64,000 bases of DNA. It comes from the human T2T-CHM13v2.0 reference genome, Homo sapiens. The DNA lies in the NCBI RefSeq assembly GCF_009914755.1, contig NC_060932.1; one strand, given 5' to 3'. Below, one piece after another: positions 13,259 through 25,140 of the stretch; the first letter of the stretch is position 1; each line of letters starts with the position of its first letter. The notes beneath the pieces are model-generated. The model saw only the letters and a program-made list of their open reading frames with translations. It was not told the origin of the DNA and ran no database searches. The translations under genes were made by a program, and so were the position numbers.

Positions 13259-14992
13259 TAAGTCATAGTTGTACAATAAGGATTTATTGAATAAAAGACC
13301 AGAAGCAGAAACCAGGGCCCTGGTTCTCATTCCATTGCTTGTTCTGCCACCTCCAGGTGCTGAGCTCAGATCATCAAGTCTTTTGATTCTTGGCATAATT
13401 TGTAGCTTTCCAGGATGAATATACCAAGGGGGCCATAGTAATTTTCAACTCTAATTTAGCCAACTTTTAGCCAAATAAATTGTTTATTTGGCTAAAAATA
13501 AGTCATGTTACCTAATAGTCACTCTTCAAATAGAATCCCCAAGGAAGCTTTTGCGGAGTTCAATAGAATCATTAGGAACGTGGTCCCTGTGTAGACTCCT
13601 CTCACTAACTAAGTTTCAGATGTGTTCGGTGTTCCAATATCATAACTGTGTGTTCTTGGGAAAGTTACTTAACCTCTCTGAGCTTCCATTTTCCTTGATA
13701 ATACAGCAAAGGTCATTAAAGCTACTCTGTAGGACTACCATAAGAAGACAACTTGTAAATCATTGCATAATTCTCAATAAATGAAGGGTATATAACCTCT
13801 TTGGGAAGTTTTTACGAATCTGGAAGTGCTTAACTGCCATGCGGATGGATCTAGAAAGTCATCAAGTTCTCTAGCTCCATTCAATTGCATTTTGCTTGTT
13901 CGTGAAACTCTAGTCTACAGGACAGATGTAGTGATCACACATGTTGACAGGGCTGGCTGGAAATTAACAGCCAGTCAAGAAAGTGAACAGACTGAGCAAG
14001 ACTCTAAAAACGAGGATTTTTTTGATCCTTGACAATTGGTCACTAAAATATCTACCATGGCATAGGGAGAGATAAAGACAAACATGTCTCCCAGACAGAC
14101 CCACAAAATGTATGTCAGCAAATGTGCAAATGTACATGAAATGGAATTGGCAGGGCCAATAGGAAATGGGAAAAAGAACCATGACAGAGAAGGATGACTG
14201 TCCACCAGATCCATGCCTCTATTTGCATAGTCAATCCACCTGTCACTAGGAAAAGCCATTGAGCCAGAGGCACTGTTCCCAGCCCACTTTGTTTCTAGGT
14301 GGGCACCTGGAATTGATTCTCCCTAATGGAATCTGAACAGAAATGACATACGTCATTTTCTGGTTAAGGTGGAAAAAAAAGTGGGTGTGAGTACTCTGCT
14401 TCCCCTTCCAATAACCAAATGCTGGGAACTTTGAGGCCCAAGGGATGGTAGTTACAAAACAAAGGAGCCTTTGTTCCTGAATCACCCACTGACCAGTAAT
14501 ATCAGCAGTGAACACTTGCATGAATAAACTTGATTGAGTTAAAAATCACTGAAATTGAAAGGGTATTTGAAAGAGCAGATAGCATTACCCTAATGAATAC
14601 AAGAAGTGTCTTAAGTATCTGGGGGAAAAACAGGAAAGATCAATACAATCGGGTAGGTGGGATGGAGAGCGTGAATGACTTCCAGTAAAAAGCTGGTGGC
14701 CAGGTGGATCCTCAGGTGAACCTGGAGAAGTCTCAGAGGTTGATAGCTGAAGTCAACTTGAGCGTTCAAAGAGTCCAGCTTTTAGATTGGGAAACGGAGG
14801 CCCACAGGGATGAGGTGATGCAGTCGAAGTCTTGCCAAGGGTGTGGCTACCCCAGCCCACGTGGGCACACGAATGCCCCCAAGCATGGCGCCTTTAAGCA
14901 TACCCTTTCCTGATGAAGGTAAACAGTGGTATGAAATGTAAGTCAAGACTTAGATGTGTACAGCACTTTTTTAGGAAAGAGTCTTCAAAATT

Positions 14993-15012
14993 AAAAAAAA
15001 AAAAAAAAAAAA
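14993..15012. repeat. A20 mononucleotide run
   Basis: Read directly. Not attached to a recognisable Alu or L1 body. Confidence 0.95.
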
Positions 15013-15060
15013 GCCAAGGGAGAAAAAATAATGCACCAGGCAGTTTACCATGAAGAGGGT

Positions 15061-15645
15061 GACGGGCTTGGAAATGATTTCAAAAATGCTCCCAACACCG
15101 CAGCGGGGTTGCTTTGGGGGCTGGGGAAGCGGGTGGAGCAGCCAGTTGGCTTTGTTCTCCGACTTGGGCTAGGGACCGTCCTCCTCTGCTTTCAAGGCTC
15201 CGGTCTTATTTTAGCACCCTGCAGCCTCGCAGTGGGCAGGAGACGCCCCGCCGCCCCGAGCTGAGTTCATCTTCCCGAAACCCCCGGAGCCGCGGGCATC
15301 TCGCCACGCTGCTCTGAGAATAGCCCGGGAGCAACAGGGCCGGCGGCTGGTTTCTGCATCAATTCTCCTCCCCCTAGTAGCGGCTCTGAAAACGCGGAGA
15401 CACGGAGAGCAGAAAACGAAATTTTAATGTACTGTGGCGTGAACTTCTGGAAAAGGGTCTCCAGCACAAGAACTCAGTTCAATGACTTAAAATAAATGGG
15501 CGGGGTTGGAGGGGTGGGGGCAGAAGAAACTAGCTGCTTAAGAGTAACGGGAGCACTGAAAAAGGATTCCTGCAGAAAGCGAGCCGCCGAACATGCTGTT
15601 TATTGCACTTAAGGCACCTGAGCATGTTGGTGTGGACGCGCTGGC
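15061..15645. promoter_or_regulatory. Non-repeat CpG-rich element in intron 3 (candidate enhancer, internal promoter or CTCF site)
   Basis: About 34 CpG in ~580 bp by manual count, against CpG-poor flanks. GC boxes (gccccgcc, gggcgggg) and a CTCF-like motif at 15367-15383. Confidence 0.6.
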
Positions 15646-16757
15646 TTGTTGAATTTTCCTTATTTTTCTTTTTAAAGGTATTTTTCCCTCCTTCTTTCTC
15701 CATGGTGACAGGTACTTTCATCATATGCCACATATTTTATTTATAAATTTATATGATTTGTATATATTTATAGATGAGTATGTAATTAAATATTTATTTT
15801 TTCCCCAAATATTCACGCAATTTCTGCTTTCTCTGGATCTGCATTCGTGGTCAAGCCATTTTGCCACCAGGGAAGGAATATGGAACACCACCTATGATTC
15901 TCTGCATGGACCGTGGCTCTGCCTTCACTTCTGCTGACCCCTTTGCTCAGAATTCATGTATTTGTGTTTTTCACTTGGCTGACTTCGTCTCAAATAAAGC
16001 CAAGAAGAATCATCATCTCTTCCAGGAAGGTTTCTCTACCTATCTCCCTGTCCCGCCCTCCACCTCCTTGCCCCAGGTTTTCCTCCTTTTATGATCTCTT
16101 GGCATTTGTGGCCTGCTTAATAATCAAACCCCATATTCTATTATGATCAATAGGTTCCTATTGTCTTAGAACTAGTATTGAAGAGTTCTTATTACGTGTG
16201 GGACCAATTCCTAGATCTGGGGCGCATCTCTTCCTGGAATTGCTGTTTGACAAAGGGCTGTTTTGCAAACTCAAGCATCTAAATCAGTGTAGCTCAATTC
16301 TTGGACAAGACCCTGGGAATGACCTATCCTGCTGTGCCCGCTGAAGGGTTGTGTTAGAATCATGATCTCTACTGAATTTTAAAACGCGTGTTCCTGCATG
16401 CCAGGAGTAGAACACCTACAGATGCTGCTAAGTGCAAAATTGTCCTCTATCCTGCTGACATTAGGAGGAAAGGAACTATGAGAATAGGTTTGTCACTTTT
16501 GAAGTTGCTTAATGTAAGGACTCTGACTCTATGTTTGGGAAAGTTTTACCTTATGATATTTGGTGGGTGGGAGATACAGTTCCACTGTATAAGCTGAAAA
16601 TGCCAGAGACTTGCTTTCCAGGCACTTAAAGAAAATGACTGGGCTCAGCCAATCAGACCCATCTGCTCCAGGCTTTAATTTGAGATGCAAAGAAGCAGCA
16701 GGAGCAGGAAGTCAGGGCAGAGCAAAGACAGCAATGTCAGTTTCTGGGGCTGCAGGA

Positions 16758-16857
16758 GGAATTGCAGTGGTGGCCGTGTCAGGGTTTGGGGGCTGGTTTG
16801 GGGACAGGGAATTGCAGTGGTGGCTGTGTCAGGGTTTGGGGGCTGGTTTGGGGACAG
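16758..16857. repeat. 50-bp tandem duplication (2 copies, 1 mismatch)
   Basis: GGAATTGCAGTGGTGGC(C/T)GTGTCAGGGTTTGGGGGCTGGTTTGGGGACAG at 16758-16807 and 16808-16857. Confidence 0.95.
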
Positions 16858-17029
16858 GGTTGATTGCACAAGCAATGGACTGGTCAGAGACAGTGGCAGT
16901 GGCCTCCTAACTGGCCTAAGTGCTCTGGCTTGATTTTGCCTATGCCTTTCACTCTGTGGCCTTGCTTCATTCTGGCCCATTTCCCTCATGTACTTCTCCA
17001 TTCTTCCCTAACTATTCTGTAATCCATGA

Positions 17030-17382
<353 letters not shown>

Positions 17383-17730
17383 TGACTGAAACTAGGAAAC
17401 ATGTCTGAAATGAACTACAATGTACCGAATGCTCTACTACTTGCTTAACTCTGCCTGTTTTATATTTTGTATTAATATTCACTTATATGATCCACATAAA
17501 ACTCTGCAAAGTGGCTAAGATGCTTATTTTACAGGGAAGAATTTTGAGATTCAGGTAAATAAATTTCCCAAGATCACAAACAAGGAATAGGCAGAATTGG
17601 GATTTTAAAGCTTGTGTGCCTCACCATGCAGTTCACCCTTTGATTTTCAGTACATGCCATGTTGTCCAGTGTTGTGCTGGGCACATAGAGGGCACTGATG
17701 CATGGATGGGGGAGTAAGTGGGAAGATACA

Positions 17731-17773
17731 TGGATGGATGGATAGATGGATGGGTGGATGGATAGATGGATGG
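17731..17773. repeat. Imperfect (GGAT)n tetranucleotide repeat
   Basis: tggatggatggatagatggatgggtggatggatagatggatgg. Confidence 0.9.
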
Positions 17774-18211
17774 TTGGCCAAAAATAAGTTTGCAAAGGAA
17801 AATAAACTGTCATCCTCTTTGTACTGTTTTAAACACACTTATGAGTAATATAAGGAGGGGATGTATGTGATCACACCTGAAACCCCCAGATTACATTCTG
17901 GGATTATTTTTCTTATCATAGTCTAAAAGGTGTTTGCCTTTCCCACTCAAAATGTAAAGACAGACACGCCTACTGTAGGAGAGCTAGGCAGTAAGTCAAC
18001 CAGCAAATATAATTTTATCTGTGACATTCTTCTCTAGCCTTAATTTGGAAATGTAGAACTCTCTGATGAATAATCACTAGGTAATGAATTAATCAACCAG
18101 ATGAGGAAAGGTGCTGACATTCAAGCAGACGGAAGTCACGGAAGTGCAATGAGAGCACCCAAACACACATGGATCATGCAAGAGCCGGGGCAAGGGTGTT
18201 GTGTTTCTCAC

Positions 18212-18342
18212 CTGACGTTCTCATAGCGATGGATGTAGATCCGATGGAACTGGTGCTGCAGGTGCTCATCTTCCACATTGGTCATGTCGTTGATCATTTC
18301 CAGGACAACAAACCGGGGGAGCACAGAAAGCACGAGCCGCTC
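18212..18342 (-). CDS. ADCY8: ADCY8 coding exon (exon 3), 131 bp: helical region leading into C1a
   Basis: Acceptor cttcatttgttccag|GAG, donor CAG|gtgaga. Translates [43 protein letters not shown] plus AG (phase 0-2). Not captured by the ORF track. Confidence 0.97.
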
Positions 18343-18469
18343 CTGGAACAAATGAAGAGGGACGGTCCTGTTAGGCTGACCAGCGAGTCTCAGATGGGAG
18401 GGTGGAGGGTGGAGAAGTCATGGGGCTTTTGGATGAACTCCCTTTGGGATTGCTAATTTCATACCATTC

Positions 18470-19240
18470 TATGAATACAACAAATATTTATTGAGTACTT
18501 ATTATTTGCCAGGCACTCTGCTGGTGTTGGATATATAGTGGTGAACCAAATGGATGTGGTTCTGACTCTGGTGGAGCTTACATTCTAATAAGGAAGATAC
18601 ATTAAGTATTACATACCCAAAGATACCTACACACATTTACAAAATGTGATGAATGCCATGCAAAAACAGGTCATGATGAGAGAGTACAATGGTTGATGAC
18701 AGCGATGCATATCAGGGATTAAGAATGGCCTTACCAAGGAACTGATATTTAAAATTGAGACCTGAAAATTTGGAAGGAGTCTGTCCTGTGTAGTGCAATG
18801 AGAAATCCAGGAATTAAAAATAATAACTACAAATATCCTGAGGCAGAAATGAGCAATGGTGTGGCTGGAGGGTGGTGATAGCAATGAGGTTGGAGGTGTA
18901 GCTAGATCTTGCAGGTGAGCATACAATGTTTGTGTTTAATTCCAACTACAACTGAAAGCCACTAAATGGTACTAAGCAGCAGAGTGACATAATTGGATTT
19001 ATGTTTTAAAAGATCACTTTGGCTGGGATTTGGAGAATGTGTTCTGGGGAGGAGCCAAGGCTGGAGGCAGAGGGACCAGGTGGGGGAAGCTCCTGGAGTG
19101 TCCAGGTGAGATAAGATTCATAGAACTGGCAACCGAGATGGCAGGAAAGAAAAAGGGTGTGCCCACCATGATAGCTAGTTTTGACTTTAGTTGCCTGGGA
19201 GAGTGAGCTACACTTACAGAAACAGCGAACATACAAAAGA
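18470..19240 (-). mobile_element. L2 LINE fragment
   Basis: caaatatttattgagtacttattatttgccaggcactctgct...tggagcttacattcta...ttttaaaagatcactttggctg...gaggcagagggaccagg. Confidence 0.75.
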
Positions 19241-22206
19241 AACCAGGCTTACAAGGCACTAGCTCTTTATCAAAGATGAGAGGAAGTGAGACGCACGCAG
19301 CCTGAAAGTGGGTTCCTAACACCAAACAATAATATTTCTATTGTGATCACCACTGTAGACAAAAGGAAAGTAATGGGTTAACTAGCAACATGAATTAAAT
19401 TCTAAAAAGTCTTTGTGTTGTGGAAACTAGGCAAGAGGCTGGCTTCTGACACATGGTTTACTTGGTTACGTGGTTTACTGTGATAGATGAAGTTTAATAC
19501 TTTTAGTTGAATAATAGAAAATAGGGTAATTATCATTGATATGATAATAATAGGTCATGTGGAATTATCTAGTTGAGGCATATCACTATAGAGAGATAAA
19601 ATTTTTCTTGGTCTATGGTTTACTATAGTGTCAAACAGTTTAAGACAGGCACGTTCTAATCATCACAGTTCCTCATATCTTTGTAGTTATTTATGGGTAT
19701 TAAGCATTGTCACCATTCATTCTTTCATGTGTTTCTCTCGAAACCCTGACAATCAGCTTGCAGAAATAATCATTTTCATATAATGGACAGAATGAGTCCA
19801 GGAGAGATTAAGTTACTTGCACAACCTGAACAGTTAATCAAGCGGCAGTTGCAGGGTACGGTCCTTTCCCTTGTTATTCCTAGCTGGGATTCTTGGTGAG
19901 ATGGGAAAAGTCTTGGATTGAGTCTGATGAAGAAGTTTAGATTCCAACTCTATCATTGGATATCCATTAGGTAAACTATCTCATCTTTCTGTGCCTTAGT
20001 TCCCTAATTTGGCAAATATTAATAGCAATAATATCATCTACTTCAAAGAGTTGCTGTGAGAATTCAATGCAATAAAATATGTGAGGGGCCTGGCATCAAA
20101 TCCTTCTCCCTCCTCTCACCTCTACTTCACTCTGCCTCTCATGCAAAAGGCTTTATTAATGAAATGCCCATTGAATGACATATGATGAAGCCCTTTCTTC
20201 TCTTGAGTGCTATCCCATCACGGGACTAAGAGGCATGCTTTCTGCAAATGCCCCAACATCATGTCCATTTTGTGTTCATTTGTGCTATTTGTCAACTTCC
20301 CAGGTACTTGTGGCCCTGCTCTCTCAATTGCTGCTGGGTGGGAGTAGGTGCTAATTACAGCTGTGAGGGGCACTAGTGCTCTGTCAATGGCTGGGGATGT
20401 TTAATTAAGATGCCACTGCATCTGCACTTGTAAGTGATAGAGCTGTAATACACAATCCACACACACTCCAGGACCCCACGGTCAGTTTGTAAAAGTGTTT
20501 GATTGCAAATCATCCTTACACTAGTGTTGTATTACAGTGATGTTTTAATAACCAGAGTGAGAAAAATGGAAGAACTTATGTTAGGAAGAGAATGGCACAG
20601 GAGATAAAAAGGTGGTGATGCAGCACATAAAATGATCCAAGTGTAGGGAAGAAATGGGAACTGAAGAGAGACACAAGAAAGCTATTCATTCACAGGACCT
20701 AGTTAAGAAGATGTTCCTCCCTGAAATTCAAGTCCATGGACATATTTATAAGGCTATCCCATGGATTCTGTGATCTGACCATTCATCAGTATGTTTTGAA
20801 GGTTCATAAAAGTGCAGCTGCCCTGACCCCACCCACACCTACTGAATTGGACTCTGAGAAAAATGGTCAAGAGGGTGGAGTTTTTAAAAACTCCTTAGGT
20901 TTTTGGGATACTCAGGTAGGATTGAGAAATTCTGGCCTATCCTGTGGCAAGCACTACTAAGCACTTTATTATACTCAACCTTTACTATAGCTCCATAAAA
21001 CAGATTATGTTCCAAATAAAACAAACACATGGTTATAGTAAACTGATTACCTAGCAACATGAGCACCTAGATCATAAATAGCAAAGAATTGAAACCAAAT
21101 TCTCCTGATTCCCAAAATAGCTCTAACAACTGCACTTCCTACAAAATGTATTCTAATCACTTCTTATCTGATCCACATGGCTCTTAGAAAATTGTAAATT
21201 AAGGCAGCACGTGGGATATTCCTATGATTGGAGCTAACAGTATGCAACAAAGCCTCCGAGGAGGAAAGAACCATTGTTCATTAAGGAAGATGAGGGACGA
21301 GTTTCTAAGGAGGGTTCCTGAAAAATGTGTGAGGGTTCAAACATTTATTTATTTATTCATCTAACAAATATTTATTGAGAACATACTACATGTCAGCTCA
21401 GTTCTAGATATGGGAGATATATAGATACATAGAGAGTAAGACAGCCAAGATTCAAGAGGGAGACTTTATAGGTAGAGACTGACAGGCTCCTGGAATGGCA
21501 TGGAAAGATACGCATTCTTACTTCAGAGCTACCATCTAGTTGGCTCTGAAGCAACTACTGTGGGCCAGGGACTGAGTTAAGAGCTTCATATATAATTTCA
21601 TATAACATTCAACATAACTCCATGGCAGAAATAACTCATTGTAGATTAACAACTGAGAAAATGAAGTCTCGGAGAAGTAGTTTCTCAAGGTTATACAGCA
21701 AAGAAGGGCCAGTATCTAGTCTATCAGACCCCAGAGCCAGTTGGAAGCTTCCCCTTCACCTTATCAGAAAGCTGTTCCTAAAAAAATCCCTCCAAGCCCC
21801 ATTTTCAGAAATTGAAAATGTAATTACCACTGCAATTAGTGGTGCACAATTATGTCTACAGTTAAACAAAACATACACATGATACTCAATGATTACTTAA
21901 TTGAATCCTTAATGCAAACAAATAAAAATAAAACAGAATAGTACAGTTAAAATAAATCAATGGAAATATGTCAAATGGTGCCAAAAATTGTTGCTACCAT
22001 ACATTATGCAAACTAAAAACATTTTTTAAATGAAAAATTAAGAAACTTTACAACTGCAATCTAAGATGACCCATAGTGGGTTTCCTTTTGTGGAACTCAG
22101 CTACTTTTCAGACACATGGACTCTGCATCAGATTTTCTGATGCAAAGAAATGCCTAGGGAAGCAGTTATTAAATGCAACTCATCTGAAGTTAAATGTGTA
22201 GAGCCA

Positions 22207-22610
<404 letters not shown>

Positions 22611-22983
22611 CTATAGTGAGAGATAGTCTTGTCTATCCTCACATCCTCTATTCTGAGCAGGAGATTATGGGCTATTTATTGTGTTAAACTGAGCACAGGT
22701 CACTACAATGCGTGCTACTGTTCTTCTGTCCTTAAATATCCTTTCTCCATTGTCATTTCCTGTGGTTTGCACATGGACTCCTACTCATCTTCAAATTTGA
22801 GGGTAAATCTCATTTCCGTGGTGAAGGGGATTAGTCACTACCTCCAAAAGCATGTCCCTTTGCTCAGATCTTTCTCACAGCATTTATTACACCACATGGC
22901 ACCTGTTTGCTTATATACCAGTTGGTAAACTCGGAGCTCTTTGCGTTCATCTTTTTGTATCCAAGGCCCAGAATAATGCCTTG

Positions 22984-23345
22984 TGGTATGGTTTGGCAAA
23001 TCTCATCTTAAATTGTACTCCCATAATTCTCACGTGTTGTGGGAGGGACCTGGTGGGAGATAATTGAATCACAGGGGTAGTTTCTTCCTTACTGTTCTCA
23101 TGGTAGTGAATAAGTCTCACTAGATTTGATGGTTTGATAAGGAAAAATCCTTTCACTTGGCTCTCATTCTCTCTTTGCCTGCTGCCATTCATGTAAGATG
23201 GGATGTGCTCCTCCTTGCTTTCTGCCATGATTGTGAGGCTTCCCCAGCCATGTGGAAATGTAAGTCCAATTAAAACCCTTTTTCCTGTATAAATTACCCA
23301 GTCTTGGGTATATCTTTACTAGTAGCGTGAAAACAGACGAATACA
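22984..23345 (+). mobile_element. THE1 (THE1C-like) 5' LTR
   Basis: tggtatggtttggc...tgtgggagggacctggtgggagataattgaatca...ccatgattgtgaggcttccccagccatgtggaa...aattacccagtct...aataca, directly followed by internal sequence. Confidence 0.9.
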
Positions 23346-24447
23346 ATAAATTGGTACCGGGACTGGGGCGTTGCTGAAAAGATACCCCAAAATGTGGAAG
23401 CAACTTTGGAACTGGGTAACAGGCAGAGGTTGGAACAGTCTGGAGGGCTCAGAAGAAGACATGAAAATGTGGGAAAGTTTGGAATTCCCTAGAGACTTGT
23501 TGAATGGCTTTGACCAAAATGCTGATAATGACATGGACAATAAGGTCCTGGCTGAGATGGTCTCAGATGGAGATGAGGAACTTGTTGGGAACTGGAGCAA
23601 AGGTGACTCTTGTTGTGTTTTAGCAAAGAGACTGGTGGCATTTTGCTGCTGTCCTAGAGATTTGTGGAAATTTGAACTTGAGAGAAATGATTTAGGGTAT
23701 CTAAGGGAAGAAATTTTTAAGCAGAAAAGCATTCAAGAGATGACTTGGGTGCTGTTGAAGGCATTCAGTTTTATAAGGGAAGCAGAGCATAAAAGTTTGG
23801 AAAATTTGCAACTTGACGATGTGATAGAAAAGAAAAACCAATTTTCTGAGGAGAAATTCAAGCTGCCTGCAGAAATTTGCATAAGTAACGAGGAGCTGAA
23901 TGTTAATCCCCAAGACAATGGGGAAAATGTCTCCAGGGCATGTCACAGGTCTTCATGGCAGCTCCTCCCATCACAGACCCAGAGACCTAGGAAAAAATGG
24001 TTTAATGGGCCAGGCCCAGGGTCCCCATACTGTGTGCAGCCTAGGGACTTGGTGCCCTGTGTCCCAGCAGCTCTAGATGTGGCTGAAAGGGGTCAATGTA
24101 GAGCTCAGGCCGTGGTTTCAGAGGGTGCAAGCCCCAAGTCTTGGCAGCTTCCACATGGTGTTGAGCCTGCGATTACATAGAAGTTAAGAATTGGGGTTTG
24201 GGAACCTCTGCCTTCTGGATTTCAGAAGATGTATGGAAATACCTGGATGCTCAGACAGAAGTTTGTTACAGGGATGGGGCATTCATGGAGAACCTCTGCT
24301 AGGGCAGTGCAGAAGGGAAATGTGGGGTCAGAGGCCCAACACAGAGTCCCTACTGGGGCACCATCTAGTGGAGCTGTGAGAAGAGGGCCACCGTCCTCCA
24401 GACCCCAGAATGGTAGATCTACCAATAGTTTGCACCATTCTCCTGGA
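23346..24447 (+). mobile_element. THE1 internal region, 3'-truncated, containing an 810-nt open frame (23371-24180)
   Basis: ataaattggtacc...aaaatgtggaagcaactttggaactgggtaacaggcagaggttggaacag... is the MaLR internal start. Peptide WNWVTGRGWNSLEGSEED-KMWESLE-PRDLLNGFDQNAD matches the MaLR internal ORF. No 3' LTR follows. Confidence 0.9.
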
Positions 24448-24785
24448 TGTCTTTGGGTTACGCCATGTGGGAAAAGTGATGCTTAGTGAGCAACATAATC
24501 CCTTGGGAGGACCCAGGACATACCCCAACGCCCACAAAAAATATGTGAATAAATCTATTTGTTCATAAATGATGCTTTATAAGCAAGTGGGTAGTAAAAA
24601 GAGAGAGTTTCAGACATTAAAACAGCCCAGTTTGTAAATAATTGTAGAAAATTGAATGCATAAGCAACAATGAATGCATCCCACTTTCTTGAGGTCTTTA
24701 TGCAAAAGTTACCCTCTCGTGGAGACCTCCCCTTATGCCCATATCTCAGTGGTCACATGCTCCTGGCCTCTCATTTCATGTGCTC

Positions 24786-25140
24786 TGCATTAGCCTCTTC
24801 TCACGCTGCTAATGAAGACGTATCTGAGACTGGGTAATAATAAAGGAAAGAGGTTTAATGGATTCACAGTTCCACATGGCTGGGAGCTCTCACAATCATG
24901 GCAGAAGACAAAGGAAGAGCAAAAGGACATCTTCCATGGCAGCAGGCAAGAGAGGCTTGTGCAGGGGAACTCATGTTTATAGAACCATCAGATCTCATGA
25001 GACTTATTCACTAACAGGAGAACAGTATGGGGGAAACTGCCCCTATGATTTAGTTATTTCCACCTGGCCCTGCCCTTGACATGTGAGGATTATTACAATT
25101 CAAGGTGAGATTTGGGTGGGGAAACAGCCAAACCATATCA
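24786..25140 (-). mobile_element. THE1 solo LTR inserted in an L2 fragment (~24680-25360)
   Basis: tgcattag...gagactgggtaat...gagatttgggtggggaaacagccaaaccatatca. Flanks TGCTC and CACTC are interpretable as a decayed TSD. Confidence 0.9.

Noticed and set aside
18169-18456. 95-aa plus-strand ORF
   Set aside because: Antisense shadow of ADCY8 exon 3.
24786-25140. Idea that this LTR is the inverted 3' LTR of the 22984-24447 THE1 element
   Set aside because: It has its own TSD-like flanks, sits inside an L2 and differs in sequence from the 5' LTR, so it is an independent insertion.
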